From Mobula hypostoma (Eukaryota): a stretch of 64,000 bases of DNA. The stretch is taken from NCBI RefSeq assembly GCF_963921235.1, contig NC_086097.1:228782001-228846000 (forward strand), given 5' to 3'. Below are positions 51,833 to 61,509 of this stretch, one piece after another. Both the position numbers and the translations under genes were made by a program. The notes under the pieces are model-generated. The model was given only the letters and a program-made list of their open reading frames with translations, was not told the origin of the DNA and made no database searches. How positions within the stretch are numbered: the first letter of the stretch is position 1; each line of letters starts with the position of its first letter.

Positions 51833-52280
51833 CAAAATGCAAGTGGTCCAGTAACCAATGTTGGGAACACCACAGGCTTCCATCATCTCCTTCAAAGTAG
51901 TTGATAAGAAGTAAAAACGGGATTAAGCCACTCAACCGTAAAACGATTGTGAGCTCTGCATGCTAAATGGTATCCAATTTTTATGTCAGAAATTAACATG
52001 TTTACTTGATGTTCTCAGCCATGAGTATCTGAGACACTACAAAAGAGCACAAGAGAAATTCACAATGCACAACAACATCAGAGCTATAATGACACTAATA
52101 AGCAAATTTTAACGAGTCTGTTGCCTGGCAGAAACTTACCACCTAAGAATGAGAACCCTTCCAGGCTGAAGGTAGTGGGTGGGGGCAAAGGGAAACAGAA
52201 ACAGGCCATGGAATCTCTGTCCAGTTTTTGAAACCATCCTGGTCTTATCCAGACCTTTTTGTGTTAGATACTAAACATAC

Positions 52281-52320
52281 CTCAGAGAACCTCCAGTGAA
52301 TCTCCTCACAGTTCAGAGTT
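52281..52320 (-). CDS. Candidate exon
   Basis: CTTTGTTCCAGTTTGATTTAG acceptor, GAG|GTATGT donor; TLNCEEIHWRFSE; phase 2 to 0. Confidence 0.2.
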
Positions 52321-52899
52321 CTAAATCAAACTGGAACAAAGTAAGATTTTAACACTCAGATCACATACTTTAGCATTCTGTTGCTGTTCAGAAGCATACA
52401 TCTTATATTAAGCAACACACACGAAATGCTGGAGGAACTCAGCAAGTCAGGCAACGTCTATGGAGAGGAATAAAGAGTGTATCTTTCAGGTCGAGACCTC
52501 TCATCAGGACCTGATGAAAACTCTCGGCCCAAAATTCTTTGTCTTAGACTCCTCCACCATAGTTTCCTATGCTGGGGAAGTCTAAGACCAGAGGACACAG
52601 CCTCAAAATAGAAGGGCATCATTTTAGAATGGAGATGAGGAGGAATTTTTATAGCCAGAAAATGCTGAAATTGTGAAATTCGTTGCCACAAGCAGCTGTG
52701 GAGTCCAAGTCATTGGGTATATTTAAGGCAGAGGTTGATAGGTTCTTCAATGGTCAGGGCATGAAAGGATATGGGGAGAAGGCAGGAGATTGGGGATGAT
52801 AGGGAAAATAGATCAACCATGAAAAAATGGTGGAGTGGACTCGATGGGCCAAATGGCCTAATTTTGCTCCTGACAAAGCCAAGCTAACATATTATACAT

Positions 52900-55067
52900 A
52901 CTATATTATACATCTCCAAATGTTCATAAATCCTGCCTCTCAGGATCTTCTCCGTCAACTTACCAACCACTGAAGTAAGACTCACTGGTCTATAATTTCC
53001 TGGGCTATCTCTATTCCCTTTCTTGAATAAAGGAACAACATCCGCAACCCTCCAATCCTCCAGAACCTCTCCTATCCCCATTGATGATTCAAACATCATC
53101 GTCAGAGGCTCAGCAATCTCCTCCCTCACCTCCCACAGTAGCCTGGGGTACATCTTATCCGGTCCCGGCAACTTATCCAACTTGGTGCTTTCCAAAAGCT
53201 CCAGCATATCCTCTTTCTTAATATCTACATGCTCAAGCTTTTCAGTCTGCTGCAAGTCATCACTACAATCACCAAGATCCTTTTCCATAGTCAATAAAGT
53301 ATTCATTAAGTACCTCTGCTATTTCCTCAGATTCCTTACAAACCTTCCCACTGTTGCACTTGATAGGTTCTATTCTTTCATATCTTATCCTCTTGCTCTT
53401 CACATACTTGTAGAATGCCTTGGGGTTTTCCTTAATCCTGCCTGCCAAGCCCTTCTCATGGCCCCTTCTGAATCTCCTAATTTCCTTTTTAAGCTCCTTC
53501 CTGTTAGCGTTATAATCTTCTAGATCTCTAACATTACCTAGCTCTCTGAACCTTCTGTAAGCTTTTCTTTTCTTCTTGACTAGATTTATTCCAGCCTTTG
53601 TACACCACGGTTCCTGTACCCCACCATAACTTCCCTGTCTCATTGGAACGTACCTATGCAGAACTCCACACAAATATCCCCTGAACATTTGACACATTTC
53701 TTCCGTACTTTTCCCTGAGAACATCTGTTCCCAATTTAAGCTTCCAATTTCCTACCTGATAGCCTCATATTTCCCCTTACTCCAATTAAATGCTTTTCTA
53801 ACTTGTCTGTTCCTATCTCTCTCCAATGCTATTGTAAAGGAGATAGAATTATGATCACTATCTCCAAAATGCTCTCCCACTGAGAGATCTGACACCTGAC
53901 CAGGTTCATTTCCCAATACCAAATCAAGTACAGTCTCTCCTCTTGTAGGCTTATCTACATACTGTGTCAAGAAACCTTCCTGAACACACCTAACAAACTC
54001 CACCCCATCTGAACCCTTTGCTCTAGGGAGACACCAATCGGTATTTGGGAAATTACAATCTCCCATCACGACAACTGTGATTTTTATTACACATTTCCAG
54101 GATCTGTTTCCCTATCTGCTCCTCGATATCTCTGTTACAATTGGGCGGGCTATAAAAAATACCCATTAAAGTTATCGACCCCTTCCTGTTCCTAACCTCC
54201 ACCCACAGAGAATCCTCCATGACATCCACCTTTTCTGCAGCCGTGACACTATCTCTGATCAACAGTGCCACGCCCCCACCTCTTTTGCCTCCCTCCCTGT
54301 CCTTTCTGAAACATCTAAAACCTGGCCCTTGAAGTAACCATTCCTGTCCCTGAGCCATCCAAGTCTCTGTAATGGCCACCACATCATATCTCCAAGTACT
54401 GATCCACGCTCTAAACTCATCCGTTTTGTTCACAATACCCCTTGTATTAAAATAGACACATCTCAAACCGTCCGTCTGAGCGCGTCCCTTCTCTGTCACC
54501 TGCCTATCCTCCCTCTCGCACTGTCCACAAGCTTTCTCTATTTGTGAGCCAACCATCTCTTCCCCAGTCTCTTCAGTTCGGTTCCCACCCCCCAACAATT
54601 CTAGCTTAAACTCTCCCCAGAAGCTTTAGCAAACCCCTCCCCGCTAGGATATTGGTCCCCCTGGGATTCAAGTGCAACCCATCCTTTTTGTACAGGTCAC
54701 ACCTGCTCCAGAAGAGGTCCCAATTATCCAGAAATCTGAATCCCTGCCCCCTGTTCCAATCCCTCGGTCACGCATTTATCCTCCACCTCATTCTATTCCT
54801 ATTCTCACTGTCATGTGGCACAGGCAGTAATCCCGAGATTACTACCTTTGCAGTGCTGCTTCTCAACTTCCTTCCTAACTCCCTGTAGTCTGTTTTCAGG
54901 ACCTCTTCCCTTTTCCTACCTATGTCATTGGTACCATTATGTACCACGACCTCTGGCTGTTCTCCCTCCCACTGCAGGATATCTTGGACGCAATCTGAAA
55001 CCTCCCGGATCCTGGTACCTGGGAGGCAAACTACCATCCGAGTTTCTTTCCTGCGTCCACAGAATCG
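52900..55067 (-). mobile_element. CR1 LINE 5'/middle portion (ORF1 esterase, ORF2 APE endonuclease)
   Basis: VVCLPG...VVVHNGTNDIG; YDVVAITETW...RKDREGGKRGGGVALL; MGDCNFP...LDLVLGNE...GDSDHN; PGNYRPVSLTSV. Confidence 0.9.
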
Positions 55068-56189
55068 CAAAATTAGTTAGAATAACTATGCAATTTTGTA
55101 TTGTGGTAATGTTCAGATCCCAATTCCATTTTCATTTGTAGAGAAGAATAGGGATGCACAGGAATATAGCACAAAAGAGGAATAATCTTGAAGCACAGTA
55201 TCTCACAATGCAGCAAAGGAGGAGACAAGGGAAGAGAACTAATGACGGATAATGAAACAGAAAAGATAGACAAGGATAGGTCAAGTGAGGCTTCCCACCA
55301 GGTAAGAGACAGTCTGCCGCTCAAGTGAGATGAAAGTAGACAATTCACAACAAAAGAGCAGCAAAATAGAATGAACAGATAGAAACTGGGGGCTGGGTGA
55401 AATGGAATACTTAAGAGGATAATAACAAAACACATTTAGCTTATCGAACTGCCTTAACAGTTAGGTGCAATCAATGCACTCCATTTGTGCCTGCCATCTA
55501 CTTTAGCATAAATCCCACATTCCTTATGCCCAATTGAATGTGGAATGTATCTGTATATTAATTGAGTCGCTGTTCAATGTACTAGGTAGCCGCAAACTCA
55601 ACCATTTTAAGAGATGAATCTTCTTTTTATATTGTGGAAATAACATTTTGCTCGGCAGCTGAATGAACAACTTGATTTTGATGTGCTTTTGAAACGTTTT
55701 CCACAGTTCATTTGTCACGGAGGACAACGTTATCATACGATGAGAGAGGAGAGGTGGAATGATGATTTCTTACACCTAACAACTGAAGCAAAAGATAAAC
55801 AGCACGTAGTCTACAATTGAAAATATACTAAAATAACTCTGCAGAACTTGCTTAGAATATTAAACTCATTACGTCTTAGGTGAATAGAAGTTTGTGAAGT
55901 TCTCCTAAAATCATAAAAATGTAGACATCAGAAGGAAGCTATTCAGCCCATCAAATCCACATCAGCTGAAGAAGTGCCACTTTTCATTAGTCTGCAAATC
56001 CAAAATAAAATTTGGCCAGACATTTTTTTAGATGGGGAGGGGTGTCAAGGGTATATCCCTCCACCATCTTTTTGCACAGTGATTTCCAGCTTCCCAGCAA
56101 AATGATGCAGATAAAAATTAACTGTAAAAAATATACTGCATCAGGCGCCGGGATTTAAACCTCAAGATGGCTTTTAAAAAGAGTCTTAA

Positions 56190-56952
56190 AGACCACAACC
56201 ATAAGACTATAAGACAAAGGAGCAGAAGTCGGCCATTCGGCCCATCGAGTCTTCTCTGCCATTTTATCATGAGCTGATCCATTCTCCCATTTAGTCCCAC
56301 TCCCCCGCCTTCTCACCATAACCTTTGATGCCCTGGCTACTTAGATACCTATCAATCTCTGCCTTAAATACACCCAATGACTTGGCCTCCACTGCTGCCC
56401 GTGGCAACAAATTCCATAGATTCACCACCCTCTGACTAAAAAAATTTCTTCGCATTTCTGTTCTGAATGGGCGCCGTTCAATCCTTAAGTCATGCCCTCT
56501 CGTACTAGACTCCCCCATCATGGGAAACAACTTTGCCACATCCACTCTGTCCATGCCTTTCAACATCAGAGGATGGTGTGAAACTGGTTTAGTGGGGGAA
56601 TTACAAAGCTCAGGGCCTATTCCTACCTGTAGAGGGCGAAGTGGGTGGAGGATTCAGAAGAGGACAAAAGCTAACACGAGAGGGCACAGTTTTAAGGTGC
56701 TTGGAAGAAGGTACAGAGGAGAAGTCAGGGGTAAGTTTTTTACACAGAGAGTAGCGAGTGCGTGGAATGGGCTGACGGAGACAGTGGTGGAGGCGGATAC
56801 GATAGGGTCTTTAAGAGACTCCTGGATAGGTACATGGAGCTTAGAAAAATAGAGGGCTATGCGTAACCCTAGGTAATTTCTAAAGTAAGTAAATTTGGCA
56901 CAGCATTGTGGACTGAAGGGGCTGTATTGTGCTGTAGGTTTTCCATGTTTCT
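56190..56952. mobile_element. Two CR1 3' tails in opposite orientation (56190-56567 minus; 56670-56952 plus)
   Basis: FFSQRVVNLWNLLP and FFTQRVASAWNGL motifs, each with its tail. Confidence 0.8.
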
Positions 56953-57165
56953 AAAAGTGAAGGATTCTAGATCTCCTGAAGATGTGTAGGGTTGGAGATG
57001 TAGAGAGAAGTATCGTCATGATAATAAAACATTAAAGTATCAGTAGACCAGATATTAAATCAATGAACAAGCAAACAGGAAGTATTATATTTTAGGACTT
57101 GAATAAATGTTGGGTCTTACATTTTCTTCAGTAAACTTGTTCACAGAATGATTTTCATGTGTTAC

Positions 57166-57226
57166 CTTTTATCTGTATTAACAATTAATTCATTTCTGGT
57201 AAAAGACATTAGATCTATTTTTTGCT
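57166..57226 (-). CDS. Candidate exon
   Basis: TCTTTTATTTTTGCTACAG acceptor, AAG|GTAACA donor; QKIDLMSFTRNELIVNTDK; phase 1 to 2. Confidence 0.2.
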
Positions 57227-57369
57227 CTGTAGCAAAAATAAAAGACACAAGCATGTAACATATGAGGGAACTGAATCATTAAGTAATATTGGCTGGATCT
57301 TGTGATAAGATGTTGAAAGCTAAAGGAACCTCACATGAAGTGCAAAGGAAATTCACCAGGGTATTCAAA

Positions 57370-58715
57370 AAACACACACAAAATGCTGGAGGAACTCAGC
57401 AGGGCAGGCAGCATCTGTGGAAAAGAGGAAACAGTCAGGGTTTCAGGCTGAGACCCTTCATCAGAACAGGAAAAAAAGATGAGAAGTCAGCAGTAAGAAG
57501 TTGGGGGAGGAAGAAGTACAAGGTGTAAGGTGATGGGTGAAACTGGAAGAGGGGAGGGGTGAAGTAAAGAGCTGGGAAGTTAATTGGTGAAAGAGACCTG
57601 GAGAGGGGTAATCTGATAGGAGAGGATAGAAAAGCATGGAAGAAAGGGAAGGGGGAGAAGCACTAGAGCAAAGTTATGGGCAGGTAAGGAGATAAGGTGA
57701 GAGAGGGAAATGGGAATGAGGGAATGGTGTGGGAGGGAGCAATTACCAGAAGTTCGAGGAATCGATGTTCATGCCATCAGGTTAGAAACTACCCAGATGG
57801 AACATGAGGAACATAGCACTAGTCAGGCCACACTTGGAGTATTGTCAACAGTTCTGGGCACCATATCTCAGAAAGGATGTCTTGTCATTGGAGCGAGTCC
57901 AGAGAAGGTTCACAAGGATGATTCTGGGAATGAAGGGGTTAACATATGTGGAGCATTTGGCAGCTTTGGGCTTGTACTCACTGGTATTTTTGAAGAATGC
58001 ATGGGGATTTCATTGAAACCTACTGAATTTTGAAAGGAATAGATATGGTGGATGTGGAGAGGATGTTTTCTATGGTGGGGGTATCCAGAATTAGAGAGTA
58101 CAGCCTCAAAATTGAGGGGCGAACTTTTAGAACAGAGGTAAGAAGGAATTTTTTTAGTCAGAGAGTAGTAAATCTGAGGAATACTCTGCCATAGACTGCG
58201 GTGGAGGCCAAGTCCATGCATATGTTTAAGGCAGAAGTTGATCGCTTCCTGATCAGTCAGGGCATCAAAGGATATGGTGAGAAGGCAGGTGGTTGAGTGG
58301 ATCCAGAATCAGCCATGATAGAAAGGCAGCACAGACTCAATGGACTGAATGGCCTAATTCTGCTCCTGTGTCTTATGGTCTTATGGCATTGCTCCTCCAA
58401 TCTGAGTGTGGCTTCACTGCACCAGTAGAGGAGGCCATGGACTGACATGTCAAAATGGGAATGGGAAGTAGAATTGAAATAGATGGTCACCAGGAGATCC
58501 CACTTTTTCTAGCAGATGGAGTGTAAGTGCTCGGCGAAGCTGTCTCCCAGTCTACATCAGGTCTCATCGATACACAGGAGGCCACACTGGGAGCACCAGA
58601 TACAGTAGGTGATGCCAACAGACTTACAGTTGAAGTGTCGCCCCACCTGGAAAGACTGCTTGGGGCCCTGAATGGTAGTGAGGGAGGACATGTAGGGGCA
58701 CTTATTCCGCTTGCG
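57370..58715 (-). mobile_element. Penelope-like element split by CR1 (57806-58384, +)
   Basis: pLTR with CTGATGAAGGGTCTCAGCCTGAAA at ~57440-57465; GIY-YIG tail YFNSTSHSHFDMSVHGLLY...LRLEEQ at 58387-58490. Confidence 0.8.
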
Positions 58716-58729
58716 AAGATAAGTATCAG

Positions 58730-59370
58730 GATAGATTAGATTAGATTAGATTATGAGGACACACAGTCCTCTTTTATTGTTGTTTAGTGATGCATGCATT
58801 AAGAAGTGATACAATATTCCTCTGGAGTGATATCACAGAAACACAGGACAGACCAAGACTGAAAAACTAACAAAAACCACATAATTATAACATATAGTTA
58901 CAACAGTGCAACAATACCATAACTTGATGAAGAACAGGCCATGGCACAGTAAAAAAGTTCAAAGTCTCTCGAAAGTCCCACATCTCACGCAGACGGGAGA
59001 AGAAAGAAAAACTCTCCCTGCCATGCCCGACCACAGTCCAACTCTGAGTCGTCCGAAGACTTCGAGCTCTGATCAGCTCTCCGACACCGAGCACCGAGCA
59101 CCATTTCTAACCGAACCCTTCGACCTCAGCCTCGGTTGCCAGCAGCAGGCAAAGCCGGAGATTTTGGGGCCTTCCCCCCGAAGATTCTCGATCGCACAGT
59201 AGCATCGGCAGCGAACCAGGCATTTCAGACATTTCTCCAGATGTTCCTCTGTGCTTGTCACGTCTGTCTCCATCAAATCAGAATTGTCCACGGCCCCTAT
59301 TTAACAGATACGATATCATTTCATCGGAGAGCTGCACGCGCTGCGTTGCGCTGCCATCTTCTCCTCCCGC
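58730..59370 (-). mobile_element. Non-autonomous element, same family as 4645-5313
   Basis: Homology over its length; (TAATC)n tail at 58732-58754. Confidence 0.8.
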
Positions 59371-59694
59371 CTCCAGCGGGATATTGTCTGGAATTGAATG
59401 TTTCAGTTGTGAGGAGAGATTGGGAAGACTAGGAGTTTAACGGGGACTTTACAGAGGCCTACATAGCATAAATAGTAAGACATTTTCCCTATGACAGAGA
59501 TATCTAAGGACATAGATTGAAGGTGACAAGTAAGAGATTTAGTGAGTAGCTGAAGATTTTTTTTTCACCCAGAAGGTGGCCGCAATCTAAAACACACTAC
59601 TTGTGAAGGTGGTGGAAGAAGATATCCTCACAGCATTTAAGAATGATCTGGATGAACACTTGATTTGCCAGGAAACATGGAGGCTATGGGTCAA

Positions 59695-60295
59695 TCAGAA
59701 TCAAAATCAGGTTTAATATCAAAAGCAACACGCACAAAATGCTGGAGGGACTCAGCAGGTCAGGCAGCATCTCTCAAAATATACAGATAGTCGATGTTTC
59801 GGGCTGAGTCCCTTCTTCAGTCCTGACTCGGCCCAAAACGTCAACTGTCTGTTCATTTCCCTAGATGCTGCCTGACACATTGAGTTCATCCAACATTTTG
59901 TGTGTGTTGCTTTGGATTCTTTCTCATGTTCCAGGTTTAATCTCACTGACGCACGTCATGAAATTTGTTGTTTTTCAGCAACAGTAGAGTGTAATACATA
60001 AAAAATGCCATAAATTCCAACAGTAAATATATATAAAAATAAAAAAAATGAAAAGTAGTGTCAAAGAGAGCAAAATTGGGCGGTGATTGTTCAGAAATCT
60101 GATGGCAGAGTGGAAGAAGCTGTTCCTTAAGCACTGAGTGTGTGTCTTCAGGCTCCTGTCCCTCCTCCCTGATGGTCACCATAAGAAAAGAGCATGTAAT
60201 GGGTGAAGGGGGTCCTTAATGATGGATGCCGCTTTTTTGAAGCATTGCCTTTTGAAGATGTTCTCAGTGCTGAGGAGGCTAGTTACCATGACGGA
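59695..60295 (-). mobile_element. Rex1/Babar 3' fragment
   Basis: Homologous to 3168-3690. Confidence 0.75.
59722..59931. mobile_element. Palindromic Penelope pLTR unit inserted in a Rex1 tail
   Basis: Inverted arms; flanking CAGGTTTAAT(A/C)TCA at 59708-59721 and 59932-59945; minus-strand CTGAAGAAGGGACTCAGCCCGAAACATCGAC. Confidence 0.8.
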
Positions 60296-60379
60296 GAAGG
60301 ACCAAGTGCTGATGAATGAGACTAGTATAGTTATGTACCAGATGTTGGTATGGACACAGCAGGTTCAAGAGCCTGTAGT

Positions 60380-60616
60380 TAATATGCAGTATCCGTGGTA
60401 AACCACGTATATATGTTGTAACTGGGTTACCTGTCTGGACACGCCCCTCTGCTGACTGCCCCTGTGGCTCCTCCCACAGACCCCTGAATAAAGGCGATTG
60501 TGTCACTGCTCCTCCCTCAGTCCAGGGCAGCGTGGACGTTGGACCATTTACTGTTAATAAAAGCCTTTCAGTATTTACTCTACTTCCAGTCTTTTGGAGT
60601 TATTGATGGTGCATCA
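60380..60616 (+). repeat. 5' LTR of Gypsy element (left boundary uncertain, 60310-60385)
   Basis: Ends ...GGTGCATCA just upstream of gag; AATAAA at 60488 and 60556. Confidence 0.6.
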
Positions 60617-60641
60617 ATTTTATTAACAGTAATTTTAAAGC

Positions 60642-61509
60642 GTGGAACACGTCCTGAGATCCGACAAGCTAGACCTCGACCCCCAAGCACCTGAAGCCAG
60701 GAAACGCTATCGAACTCTGGCTGGCCTGCTTCAAATCATACCTGAAGGAGATTGAAGTGACCGTGTCTGCCACGAAGTGCAGAGTTCTCCTTTCCAGGCT
60801 CAGTCCACGGGTCTACTCAATGATTAGAGACCAGCCAAGCTACGACGGCACGATGAGTGCCCTCAGAAGACAATACCCGCGGCTGGTAAACACCGCCTAT
60901 GCGCGACATCACTTAGCAACGCGGCAGCAGCGGCCTGGAGAGTCGAGCGCTGAGTTTGTCCGGGCCCTACAGACACTCGTGCGGACCTGCGATTGCCGGG
61001 GGCTGACGGCCGAAGAGCATGCGGAGCTCCTAGTAAGAGATGCCTTCGTCACGGGGACCAGGTCAGTGTATGTGCGCCAGTGGCTGCTGGAACACGCCGG
61101 TCTTACCTTACGTTCGGTGATTGAGCTGGCCGACACGCTGGAGGTTGCTCTGCACAACTCGGAGGCTCCCCAGGCACGCAATCTCCCGACGACCTCGTGG
61201 GCGCCGCAGACCCCGCAACCTGCCGGCAAATCGACCACAGCTGCTACCAGTCACGAGTCCACAAAGTGCTACTTCTGCAGACTTGAGAAACACCCCCGGA
61301 AACGCTGCCCGGCCCGAGAAGCTACCTGCTCCAGCTGTGGAAAGAAGGGCCACTTCGCCAAGGCCTGTAAGTCCAAACCGCGAGCGGGATCGAGCAGCGC
61401 CGCGTGCGAGGCATGGGGGTGGCCATCTTGCCTGCACGCCACCACCATGTGTGAGACATGAGGACAACCACCTTGGTCGGCTCCACCTCCCACCACCTAC
61501 GACCCACTA
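60642..61509 (+). pseudogene. gag: Gypsy gag (capsid-like + two zinc knuckles)
   Basis: ARHHLATRQQRPGESSAEFVRAL...LVRDAFVTG; CYFCRLEKHPRKRC and CSSCGKKGHFAKAC; apparent ATG>GTG start, early frameshift, TGA at 61459. Confidence 0.85.

Noticed and set aside
41474..55820. Plus-strand exon chain (41474-41681, 52312-52340, 55707-55820)
   Set aside because: The phases can be made to fit, but some splice sites are weak, it overlaps the minus-strand candidates, and no homology is recognisable.
61459..61461. Programmed stop-codon readthrough between gag and pol
   Set aside because: The TGA sits in an internal duplication (CEAWGWPS / CET*GQPP), which points to TGG>TGA decay; the copy has other lesions.
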